Source: Torpedo marmorata (lineage: Eukaryota). From it: DNA of 64,000 bases. Both the position numbers and the translations under genes were made by a program. Shown here in pieces: positions 49,485 through 61,019 of the stretch. Each line of letters starts with the position of its first letter. Positions within the stretch are counted from its first letter, which is position 1. The stretch covers positions 85,808,001 through 85,872,000 of the forward strand of contig OZ360225.1 of assembly GCA_977017645.1 (NCBI GenBank), given 5' to 3'. The notes beneath the pieces are model-generated. The model was not told the origin of the DNA. It did no database searches and saw only the letters and a list, made by a program, of their open reading frames with translations.

Positions 49485-50664
49485 TATAGTAATTGTATCA
49501 AGCAAAATCGATTGGAAGAAAAATGTATAAATTAATTTCCTAACAACTATCATCCTATCAATTATCTATTAAGACATCACAAGAGTGTTTAATTCTAGTC
49601 TTTAGATGATATTACATTGCTTAATTTAGTTAAATACCACATATGACGCAATACAAATACAAACGGTAGTTCTCTCTTTTCAAGTTAGCTCCCACCTTTT
49701 ATTGGTCTGATTTACTTTTTTGAGGGCTTTCATGATAGCAGTTATTTGGTGAATAAAGATGCTGCCTTGTCAATTGGGGAGGAAAAAAGAAAACCAAGCC
49801 TTATTTCAGATTTTAGGACTTTTAATTTCTTGATAATTGGTTCTCAAAGTATGAATTATTTCCCTCAGGGATACTGAAAATTTACATTTACCGAATGATA
49901 TTTTTAAGATGTACTCTACCAATGTTTTGGTACCTTTGTCAAATCTCCACCGCTCAATTTACCAATACAGTCACAGAACTTAAGTTGCCAATGTATGTTT
50001 AAATATTTTTTGTGACAACTTCGCTGCCTCGAAGAGCACCCAAGAAAATTTAAATATTTACTTTATTGCTTTGTGGTCACAATATGAAATCTATTGACAG
50101 ACTGAAATTTGATTTTGATAAAGATATTTCATATTTGATCTCTGCTTTGTAAGTGCTGACCCTGGCATCAGAGTGTTATTTAATATTCAGCAGGTGAGTA
50201 GCATCTTGATTTAATGACCCTTCCAAAGGGATTTCAATGCTTGACCATTGTAGAACTTACGGGAGAATCAACCAAGATTTTTGTGCTTCTAACTGATTTG
50301 AGGCTTGAAATCCTGACCTTGAAGATTACCTTTGGTAGTCAGCAGTTTTTCATTTTGATAGTTGTGATTAATGATCTGTAATAGTAATTATTGTTACTGG
50401 AACAAAATCACTTCAACAGGGTATGCAGGTTTTGAGAGAAATGGTATATCATGGATTCGATAATTTCTTGTAAAATGTTGGAACTGCCATTTGCACTTAA
50501 ATACTGAGAACTTGCAGTTTAATATTGAGTTGCATTGTGCTGAATCTAGCCTGTCACCCAGACAAGCCATCTGTGGATACTCCCTCTGAACTTTTTCCTG
50601 CCCTGGAGTGCCAATTTTGCTATTCCACTTCAATTAACAGGCAGAATGGGTCCCACGCTGTGAT

Positions 50665-51158
50665 TTTAATTTAAATTTTAAATTTAAATTTAGACATACA
50701 GCACGGTAACAGGCCATTTCGGCCCACGAGTCCGTGCCGCCCAATTTACACCCAATTAACCTACACCCCCGGTATGTTTCGAATGGTGGGAGGAAACCGG
50801 AGCCCCCGGGGAAAACTCACGCAGACACGGGGAGAACGTACAAACTCCTTACAGACAGCATGGGATTCGAACCCCGGTCCCGATCGCTGGCGCTGTAAAG
50901 GCGTTGCGCTAACCGCTTTGCCAAGCGTGCTGCCCAATTTTATTTTAATTTAGACATACAGCACGGTAACAGGCTCTTCCGGCCCACAAGCCCATGCCAC
51001 CCAATTCACCTACAATCCCTGTACGTTTTTGGAAGGTGGGAGGAAACCCACGCAGACAAGGGGAGAACGTGCAAACTCCTTACAGACAGCGCAGGATTCA
51101 AACCCCAGTCGCTGGCGCTGTAACAACATTGCACTAACTGTTACACTAACCGTGCCCC
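50665..51158 (-). mobile_element. Two tandem tRNA-derived V-SINEs (HE1-like)
   Basis: B-box GGTTCGAATCCC, V-core GTTCTCCCCGTGTCTGCGTG...GCTCCGGTTTCCTCCCACC, AT-rich tails; copies at about 50665-50936 and 50937-51158. Confidence 0.85.
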
Positions 51159-51272
51159 CCAAACAGAGTATTGTGAGGATTGCTCCCAGAACCGCTTGAC
51201 CTTCTTTAACAGCTTGCTGGCTGTCAAAGGCTTATTAACCATTTTAAATGTCCCTAAGCCGAACAAGTAAAT

Positions 51273-52067
51273 AAGAATCAGAATTTATTGTCATGAACAA
51301 GTCATGAAATTCAGTGTTTTGCGGCAGCATCATTGTGCAAACATTCATATTATAACCATCTTATGACATTACTATAAAAAATATATATAAATAATAGTGC
51401 ACAAAAAGTAAGGCAGTGTCTTTGGTTCATTGATTATTCAGGAATCTGATGGCAGCGGGGAAGAAGCTGTCATTGTGCCGTTGAGTGCTCGTCTTTAGGC
51501 TCTTGTACCTTTTTCCCTATGGTAGCAGAGTGAAAAGGGATGGCCTGGGTGGTGGGGATCTTTGAGGATAGAGGCTGCTTTTTTAAGACACCGCCTCATG
51601 TAGATGTCCTCGATGGAGTGAACTCTGGTGCCTGTGATGTCACAGGCCGAGTTAACAACCCTCTGGAGTTTATTCTTGTCCTGAGAGTAGGCGCCTCCAT
51701 ACCAGGCAGTGATGCAATCAGCCAGAATGCTCTCCACGGTACACGTGTAGAAGTTTACGAGAGTCTTTGGTGACATACCGAATCTCTTCAGACACCTCAC
51801 AAAGTATAGCCGCTGGCGAGCATTCTTTGTGATTGCATCCACGTGGATGCTTCAGGACAGATCTTCGGAGATGTTGACACCCAGGAATTTGAAGTTCTTG
51901 ACCCTCTCCACTACTGAGCCCTCGATGAGGACTGGGTCGGGTTCCCCTGACTTCCTCCTGAAGTCCACAATCATCTCCTTGGTTTTGCTAACGTTGAGCA
52001 CAAGGTTGTTGTCGTAACACCATTCAACGAGCTGATCTATATCCCTCCTGTACGCTTCCTCATTGCC
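51273..52067 (-). mobile_element. Rex1/Babar-type LINE 3' fragment (family of 4330-5736)
   Basis: Reverse complement of 4938-5736 with high similarity. Confidence 0.88.
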
Positions 52068-52079
52068 CAATTTTGTTAC

Positions 52080-52774
52080 TGTTACAAAATCAAACCAGCA
52101 ACGACAGAAGACGCAATGCAAAAGGGGTAAAATTGAAATTTATATTTATTAAAGACAATTAAACATATAATTTCACAACAATTAACCCCACTATAAACGT
52201 CTATAAACACTATTCTTATCTAAAAGGTGTGTGTGTGTGTGTGTAAAGCCCAGACCATTACAGTCTGTGCCCAACCCTTATGTAAAAATGGAAAAACTTT
52301 CCCCAAAAAACCCCAGGTCAGTCATAAAAACAAGTCAGTCAAAAAAAGAATAATACAGTCCACAAAATTCCACTCTCTAAGTTCAGGTTTCAAATTCAGC
52401 TCGGTGTGCTGGTAGAAGTACTTCTGAATGAACGTTGGAGAGAGACAATGACTGTTTATGCTTACAAATACTTGGCTTATTTTTCTTCTCTGATGACATT
52501 CCCTTCTTGTGTTTTCATAAGGATTGCGAATTCAGATCAGTATACCACTGATTGAGGCGTGTGCTTGGATCTCACAGCTGGTCTCGCTGATCTCACGCCT
52601 GTTCTCCAGAAAAGTTGCTTTACCTCAGAATTTCTCTGAGACAGGAGACCATGTCTGGGATGCACAAGCCTGGATTTGGCTGTGTTCTCTAGCCTTTGCA
52701 ACTCCAAACTGCCTGCTTTTTGCAGAGGTCTGCACCTGCTTTTGCAAAAGTGCAACAAAGTATCTTTTCCACAG

Positions 52775-52805
<31 letters not shown>

Positions 52806-52928
52806 GGGTACACTAAGTCCTGGGCAAATTAACTCTTTCAGTACCAGGTCCCAGTGTGTACTCCAAAAGACCTAATTCTTCCTGCTGAAACCGTCCGCAG
52901 TCCAAATGGTCAGTCATGGTCCATAACA
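52080..52928 (-). mobile_element. Solo LTR of the Gmr1-type family at 24974-35352, inserted in the end of a related LTR
   Basis: Matches 24974-25865; TSD TTAC. The flanks rejoin as 'cccaattttgttac|gaactaac...', a second LTR starting at 52074 and running to about 53280. Confidence 0.9.
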
Positions 52929-53279
52929 TTACGAACTAACAAACCTTGCTAGTACTAACAAAGGAACAGCAATGGAAAATTCACCAGACAATGGTAAATT
53001 AAAAATAATAGTTTTTATTAAACTATTAATAACATAACATTTCTTACTTATCTCTAAACTTTACTCTAACTTAAACCCTACTATGCGCAAATGTAAATGT
53101 GTGTGTGTTAAAGTCCAAACTATTTCAGTTTAAACTTGAGTCAGAAAGTCAATTTTAAGCTTCAACATTGTTTTGCTTGAAGATTCTTTAAATTGCAGTT
53201 CAGAATTAATTATGAGGTGCTTTTACATATCATGTCTTAAGACAGTAAAGTCAAAAAAGTAAAGCACTTTCTTTCACTT

Positions 53280-54399
53280 GCCTTTCTCCAAATGTTCAAT
53301 GACCATGTTGCTGATCCAATGCCAGTGCTCTCTGGTGTAAAGTTGGGGACCCAGTTTAAAATGTTTCCAGGTCTCCTTTTCAAAGAGTAACTTTCCTGCC
53401 AATGGACTGAACAGTGGGTCCAGCAAAAGAGTGGCATGTGTGTTTAAACTTGTGTTGAAAATGCTTCTGAGATTTGCAGTTAATTTGCAAGATGCAAGCC
53501 ATGGCAAAGGTGGTATGCTTTCGATCTTGGGCAGTTCCTTTATGCCTCCACACTTTGCTCTTGCCATCACTCTGATACAGGTTAATCTTGGTCTCATCTG
53601 TCTACAAGACCCTTTTCCAGAATTCTGCAGGCTCTTTTAAATACTTCTTGGCAAACTGTTATCTGGCCATCCTTTCTGTGGCTAACTAGTGGTTTGCATC
53701 TTACAGAGTAGCCTCTGTATTTCTGTTCATGAAGTCTTCTGCGGACAGTAGTCATTGACAGATCCACACCTGCCTCCTGAAGAGTGTTTCTGATCTGTCG
53801 GACATACGTTTGGGGATGTTTCTTCATTATGATGAGAATTCTTCTGTCATCAGCAGTGGAGGTCTTCCTTGGAATACCAGTCCCTTTGTGATTACTGAGC
53901 TCACCAGTCTGCTCTCTTTCTTTTTAATGATGTTCCAGACTGTTTATTTTGGTAATCCTAAGGTTTGGGCGAAGTTTCTTACTGTTTTATTCTTGTTTTT
54001 CAGCCTCATAATGGCTTCTTTGACTTTCATTGGCACAACTCTGGTCCTCATGTTGAAAAATGGCAACGACAGACTCCAAAGGTGATCAAAAGCTAGGAAG
54101 CAAGCCTAGCTCTCTTATACCTGCACCAATGAACCAATTAAACATACCTGAGTCCTCACAAACACCTGTGAAGCCAAATGTCTCAAACATTATGGTGCCC
54201 TGAAATGAGGGGACTATGTATAAAAAGTGCTGTAATTTCTACAATGTCAAACCAAAATGTAAACAAATAACCTTGAATAAAACGTGTAATGTACACTTTA
54301 ATTACATGTGAATTGTTTGATTACAAATTTAAAACTGTGGAGCACAGGGGCAAATAAAGATAAAAAGTGTCTTTGTCCCAAACATTATGGAGGGCACTG
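53280..54399 (-). mobile_element. Tc1-like DNA transposon, truncated
   Basis: End TA|CAGTGCCCTCCATAATGTTTGGGACA; transposase remnant ...SMTTVRRRLHEQKYRG...RCKPLV and DETK-like region. Confidence 0.88.
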
Positions 54400-54669
54400 T
54401 AGGTGCAATGTTTCATTTTGTCAAATGTTTAAATATTTAAATTCCTTGTTATCTTCCATGTAACTAAATAGAACAAAAAATCAGTCAAATTATTGTCAAT
54501 CTTTTCGTCCCTTTGCCTTGGTATTGAGCAAATTTTCATCATTGTTAATTTCACCTTCCTTTTAAACCTGCCCATCGCTTTGTTGTTTCAGTTTATTGAA
54601 CACGATCTTCTCCTAACGTATTCCTCCACATAAATTCCCAAATCAATATTCTTGAAAACCCCCTGATTG

Positions 54670-56107
54670 CAGGGCTGGCACTACCATTAGGCGAACTAGG
54701 TAGCCGACTAGGGTGCAGACCACAGAGGGGTGCAGTCAGGGTGGCCAGACGTCCGGTTTTAGGCCAGACAGTCCGGCTTTTGACTTTGAGGCATCCCTGG
54801 GTCCATATGTTTCCGCATTGGGCGCAAGTGTAGCAGTTCAGTGTTGTTGGGGCCAGGCAACTCCCACCCTCTCCATGCCCTATAACCTCGCTACAGTTTC
54901 ACTGCCGGAGACTGACTCTGGTTTGAAATTGCCTCTCGGACTGGGACGCATGCGTGCTCCGCTCCTCAGCCCAGGCAGCTGTTTTGGGTCCAAATTTCAA
55001 CATGCAGGCTTTCGAGCGCACTGATTTGAAAACTTGGAATGTTTTCAAAACCTTGGCACTCTTTACTTATGCCGAGCTGTCGGACAAGTTCAGCTCAAGT
55101 GCGGCTACGCGTTCGCGGAGTGCCCTGACCAACACGCAGTGATCAGGGTGATCGAGGCGCTGTCCGGTGAGTGAGGGGCTCGGGGAGGGAAAAAAGGATA
55201 GCGGCTCCCCGAGGGAGGGGTCAGGGGGTGCAAATGCCCTCGCTCGCACCTGGCCACATTGGCTCGGTGCTGGGTCGCTGGAGCCCAGCGCATCCCTCCC
55301 TCTCTCCCCGCTCTCCCCCCCCTTCCCGGTCTCTGCTCTCCCCCCCCACCCCCCCTCGGTCCCCCCTCCCTCCCTGGTCCCCGCTCTCCCCTTCTCCCCC
55401 GATCCCCGTTCCATCCTTCCACGGTCCCCGGTCCCCCCACCTCCGCTTCCCCCCCGGAGCTCCTGTTCAACGCTAAACCCTGGGTGGATGGTTCCATGAG
55501 GTATTATTCTGTCTCAACTACTCTCTATTAACTCGTAACATGGCATCTGTTATCAGTGTAAAAGATAAGCCACGGTTCTGGATCTGTTCTAGCTTTATTG
55601 AATTACATTGAAGTTACAGCAAAGATAGGGGGTATTCAGCCCAAATGCTTGGCAGCGAAGTTTCTGCTCAAATCAAGTCCCTTCCTGCTCTCTTCATTTC
55701 ATTTTAACGGCATCACCTTCCTTCCTCATTTCTTTTCCCATTAACATGTTTTGCTAATTGATTCAACTAATCCATCTGGGAGCTAGTTCTCCAGTTTCAT
55801 CACTGGAAAGGTGTGTGAAGTAAAAGGTTTTAATGTTGTGTTGCCCTTGGCAGAGGTATGCATTCTACCGAGTGCCCTTTAGTTCAAAATGATTTGTGTG
55901 CCAAAATATTTTCTTTTGTATTTGAGAAAGATAATCAAAGATTGATGTATTACTTATTCTTGCAATTTAAAATAAATTTAGCAATTTCAAGTTTTGCGCT
56001 TTTCATTTTGTTTTACAAAACATCTGTTTTTGAAAATCGAAGTTGGCAATTTTTTTGGGGGGTGCAAATAGTTGGCCTTGCCTAGGGCGCAAAATAGTCT
56101 GGCCCTG
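54670..56107. mobile_element. Non-autonomous hAT (Tip100-like) element with composite interior
   Basis: Ends CAGGGCTGG... and ...CTGGCCCTG; perfect 8-bp TSD CCTGATTG (54662-54669 and 56108-56115). Confidence 0.85.
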
Positions 56108-56673
56108 CCTGATTGCTTTTTCAGACGTCTTCACTACTCCCATTATCTCGGTTGCTGATTGTGGATGTCTGATTACTTACTTGCATTGAGATCGACTTAT
56201 TTTCCTCCTTTAATTCCAGTGAGCAGCAACTACATTTAGTGTTAGCTTCCGTAATAGGATGAGCTCATCAGTATATAACTGACTATGGATATCTCATTTG
56301 ATCGAAGATTTATGCTGTCAGTGAACTGCAGGGACAGCAATGGCAGAGTTGATGCACTTGATCTCAGCATCTGAATTGGATGAACATGAGTTTCCCACCT
56401 ACTGTGCTATTATTACCAGTGGTGTACACAAATATAGCTGAAGATGATTTGCATATTAAACTCCTAATAGTCAGAAGAAGAAATGTTTTAGCACACCAGG
56501 TTTAAATCCCCATATTATGATTTGACTGCTGTTAGATTCAAACAATTCATTCTTCTACACACAAATCCAAAGATTGAAAGTGATCTTTGAGGATATTTAA
56601 TTCTTATCCCATTCACAAGTTCAAAAAGTGCCTGAAAGTCGCATTTCTCCTTAATCTGAATTGAGTATGTTAC

Positions 56674-56794
56674 CTCTTCATTTGTTCTTTCAAGAATGTC
56701 AGAAAAATATAACCAGATAGGTGAAGTCTCATTTTCCCAATCTAACAGCTGTCCCACACAAGATAAACTTCCGCGAGATAAAGTTGGCAAGGGC
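56674..56794 (-). CDS. Candidate internal coding exon of an unidentified host gene (PLPTLSRG...ILERTNEE)
   Basis: Acceptor ttcccctaacctag|G and donor GAG|gtaaca; 121 nt (1 nt + 40 codons); only one frame is open. Confidence 0.4.
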
Positions 56795-56929
56795 CTAGGT
56801 TAGGGGAATATGTGTAAGTTTGCTGCTCCAGACCAATAACAAAATTGAAAAGGCTGCATACCAACAATCTCTGGAACAGGTGAATTTGTAATTTCTTTTT
56901 GCACACCAGGTAAGAGGGGGATATGCAGG

Positions 56930-57700
56930 AGACCTTGATGATGCTGAAATTGTGACAGCTTTAAGAAAGGTGACAAATCAAACTATGCTAACTACAGAGG
57001 CATCTCCCTGCACTCTGGCACAGGGAAAGTCATTGCACAGGTCCTCCTTAACCACCTTGTCCCAATGGCTGTAAAGCTGTTCCTGAATCTCAATGTGGAT
57101 TCCATATATGTGAAGGCCAAGTGGACATGATCTTCACCATGTGACAGCTCCAACATGTAAGCAATTATTTCAGCCAATAGGTTCACAACAGACCTAAGCT
57201 CAGTGTAAGCTGGTGCCAAGCAACGTTGCATAATCACCCAACATCATTCACATGCCTGACACCAGATTCCCAAAGAAGGTGGCTTAGGCCTGAAACGCTG
57301 GTTACCCTTTGCTTCCTCGAGATACTGCGTGGCCTGCTAAATTTCTCCAGCACTTTTGTGTATTGCACTACAGTTACAGCATCTGCAGACTTTCCTGTTT
57401 AACTGTTCTATTTTGAGCTCTGTCATGGCAAGAGTTTAGCAGACAGAGAGAGTAAAATAACATCAATATTCTCAAAGCCTCCTTGAAAATGCAATATCCT
57501 AACCATTATTACCTCAATTTGGCCTCATACTGCTCAAAGTAAAGAATAAGAATGTGGGATAAAATAAAGAACCTTTAGTCTATGTGTCAGGAATACACAG
57601 AAGCCCAGTGAAAATAGCCTCACAAGCTCTCCACCTGGCTGTTCTTCCAAGCACCTTCTGCCCACCTGCTGAGTCTGTGAGTCTCTGATTGGCCTCATCA
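56930..57700 (+). mobile_element. Old RTE-like LINE remnant with a Penelope-terminus piece at about 57270-57400
   Basis: NYRGISL...GKVIAQVLLNHL...PESQCGF and a later LKASLK motif. Confidence 0.7.
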
Positions 57701-58259
57701 GAGCACACAGAATTGGAGTGGAAGACTGCCAAAGAAGACATTAGAAGACTTTCACTAACTGGAAGTGCATTATTTTGGTATTCCACTGCTTGCCTAGCCG
57801 TTAACTGCTGGTCGCAAAGCAATCCCTACTCTGGATGTAGGATTACCAGTTTTATTTCCACTTTCTCTCCTCTTTGTCCCCAATCCTTGTGCTTTCCAGA
57901 GGATATTTCCATCTGGATTGATATCCTGATATGTTAGATCACAGATGCCAGATACCAGGAGCCTCTTGATTGACATGCTCACCACCCCCCCCCCCCCCCA
58001 ACCTCATCCAACGTGCAAAATTGCCTGTTACCAGAGAAGTAGATAAACACATATACATACTAATCCCTTGTTTTTAAAATAATGGAAGTCTCTGACTCTG
58101 GTAACTACAGAGGGGTGTCCCTATTTTCTGCCCACACGGAAAGTGCCTGCCTGGGTGTCCTCAGCCACATCCAGTGGCTGAAGAGCTTCTCCCCAATTCA
58201 CATTGTGCATTCCATCCATTTAGAGGCATGGTGATTGTGATTTTAAACCAGAATTGCAC

Positions 58260-58720
58260 ATGTGAGTATTATATGCATTTCTGGTTGCCAGGCTACAGGA
58301 AGGATATAAATGTGCTGAAGAACGTGTAGAGGAGATTCATTAGGATTTGCCTGGATTAGAGAACTTTAGTTATGGGGAGAGATTGGATAAACTGGGTTTG
58401 TTTTCCCTGGATCAAAGGTGACGTAATAGAAATATGTGAGATAGAAAAAAATGAGGGCATCGGTTTAAGGTGAGAGTTAAGAGTTTTAAAGGGGATATGA
58501 AGGAGAGGATTTTTTTTACACAAAGAGTGATTGATATCTGGAATATACTATTGGAATCAGATACAAGTACTACATTTAAGAAACATTAGGACAGACACTT
58601 AAATAGACAATGGTCCTAATGTGGGCAAGTTGAATAGGGTAAATGGACGAAAAGTTGGTGTGGACACGGTGGGCCAAAAGGCCGGTTTCTGTGTCATACA
58701 GAAACTCTGCATCTCTATGA
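58260..58720 (+). mobile_element. Degraded CR1 3' fragment
   Basis: RRF.R..PGLENFSYGERLDKLGLFSL-like sequence. Confidence 0.7.
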
Positions 58721-59024
58721 CAATATCAGGAAAAATGCATTAGTAGCAAGTCACCAGCCAAAACCTTGAGATGGGGAATAAGATTCACTGTCACAAAATA
58801 TATGTGAGAAAAAAATCAATTCATGTTTCTTGTCAGATGACAGTTTTGCGTTACAGAAAATTGCAATGTGGTCTGTTTTCTAGGAACGCATTACACCTTC
58901 CCCCCCCCCTCCGCCCCCCCCCCACCCCACCCCAGTAACCTGGGGTCGTTAGTATAACGTGCAGAAATAAGAATAACTGGCAAAGCAATGTATTTTGAGG
59001 TAAACAGATTTTAAACTACTACTT

Positions 59025-59282
59025 TAAAAAAAAAATTTAGACATACAGCAAGGTAACAGGCCATTTCGCCCCACGAGTCCGTGCCGCCCAATTACACCCA
59101 ATTGACCTACAACCCCTGGTACATTTTGAACGGTGGGAGGAAACCGGAGCCCCCGGGGAAAACCCACGCAGACACGGGGAGAACGTACAAACTCCTTACA
59201 GACAGCGCGGGATTCGAACCCCAGTCCCGATCGCTGGTGCTGTAACGGCGTTGCGCTAACTGCTATGCCAACCGTGCCGCCC
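59025..59282 (-). mobile_element. tRNA-derived V-SINE (HE1-like)
   Basis: Closely matches 50690-50936; B-box and V-core intact. Confidence 0.88.
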
Positions 59283-59589
59283 TTAGATCTAAGATCTGCA
59301 AATGTCAGGAATGCCCCAAACTTGTAAAAATGAGTAACTAAGAGATAATTTATAAATTTTCTTTTGGAATAATAATTTAAATACATCTTGTAACCAGCTA
59401 CATAACAGTAGGAAAGTATTGTTCATAGATTTGCAGTGTATGTTACTGTGGTGTGTATGTAGCTATGCAGTCTATATACCATCCCACTATTTAAGTAGCT
59501 ACCATAATCAACACAATTCAACATTTTAGTTGAATAATTTTCATTTAAAAAGCAACAGTTTTACAAATTAAATTCAAGGTCTTTCTTTA

Positions 59590-60815
59590 GGCCAGTTACC
59601 GTAACTTAACTCCTGTAATCGGGAATATGCTTGAGCAATCATTAAGAAATAAATAGCGAGACATCTGGATAGAAATTGTCCCATCAGGCAGATGCAACAT
59701 GGATTCAGGATGGTCAGGTTCTGTTTGACAAATTTACTAGAGTTCTTTGAGAACATAATGAGTGCAGTGCATAGAGAGGAACAGGTGGATTTCCAGAAAG
59801 TGTTCGTTAAGTTGCCATAAAAAAGACTTATCTATAAGACAACAATGAATAGAGTTGGGGGTAATGTATTAGCATGGATAGAGGATTGTTTAACTATTAG
59901 AAGGCAGAGAGTTGGGATAAATTAGTATTTCTGTGGTTGACAATCAGTGGTGAACAGAATACCGTAGGGGTCGGCGCTGGGCCTGCAACTTTTCACGATA
60001 TATGTTAGCTCTTTGGAAGATGGGACTAAGTGCATTTATGTTTGCTGCTACCACTAAATTGAGTGAAAAACAAATTGTGCAGAAGATGCAGAGAGTCTGT
60101 AGAGAGATATACAGTAGATAGGTTAATGGTCCTTCGGATGGAGTACAATGTTGGTATGTGCAGGGTCATCCACATATAAGATCAGATTATGATTATTTTA
60201 AATGGTGAAAGATTGCACTTAGTGACGGGAATGCGTGTGCATGTATTGCAAAAGGTTGGTTTGCAGATGCAACAGGTTACCAAGGTTACCAAGGTGGTAA
60301 ATGGTATGTTGACTTCATTGCTAGAAGGATTGAATTTAAGAGCAGGGAGGTTCTGCTGCAACTATATGGGGTACTGGCTAGGCTGCACCTGGAGTAGTGT
60401 GCAGTTCTGGCCTCCTTAATTGAGAAAAGGTACACTGGTTTTGGAGGTGGTGCAGAGGAGACTCACCAGGTTGATTCCAGAGATGAGGGAGTTAGCCTTT
60501 GAGGAGAGATTGAGTCGCTTGGGACTATACTTGCTAGAATTCGTAAGAATGAGAGGGGATCTTATGGAGACATATAAACTTATGAAGGCGATAGATAAGA
60601 AAGAGGCAGGATAGCTGTTTCCACTATTTAGTGAGACTAGAAACATAGCCTCAAGAGTTGGGGGAGCAGATTGAAGATGGAGATGAGGAGGAACTGCTTT
60701 TCCCAAAGATTAGTGAATCTATGAGGCTGTTTCATTAAATATATTTAAGAGAGAGTTGAATAGTTTTTTGCATTCTATGGGAATTAAGGGTTATGGGGTA
60801 AAGAGAGGTAGGTGG
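59590..60815 (+). mobile_element. Degraded CR1 RT fragment
   Basis: QHGF...CLTNLLEFFE and VQRRLTRLIPEMRELAFEERL motifs. Confidence 0.8.
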
Positions 60816-60817
60816 AA

Positions 60818-61018
60818 TACACAAATGTGCTGGAAAAACTCAACAGGTCACACAGCAACCACAGGAAGTAAAAGATAGCCAAGATTTTGGGCTTGATCTG
60901 TTCATCAGGAATAAGGAAAAACAGATAGATGCCTGAATAAAAAGGGGAGGGGGAGGAGGAGATGAGGAAGGAAGAGGGAGATAGAGGAATGAAGCCTATC
61001 AGGTAAGAGGTAATAGGT
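60818..61018 (-). mobile_element. Penelope-type terminus remnant
   Basis: 'tgctggaaaaactcaacaggtc...ttttgggcttgatctgttcatcagga' followed by a purine tract. Confidence 0.6.
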
Positions 61019-61019
61019 G

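Noticed and set aside
50394-50633. 79-aa ORF as an exon
   Set aside because: No convincing splice sites and no recognisable homology.
50860-50936. tRNA gene
   Set aside because: It is the tRNA-derived head of a SINE, continuing into the V-core and tail; it is multi-copy.
55067-55531. Overlapping Pro/Gly-rich ORFs or a CpG-island promoter
   Set aside because: Low-complexity C-rich tract inside a hAT element bounded by a TSD.
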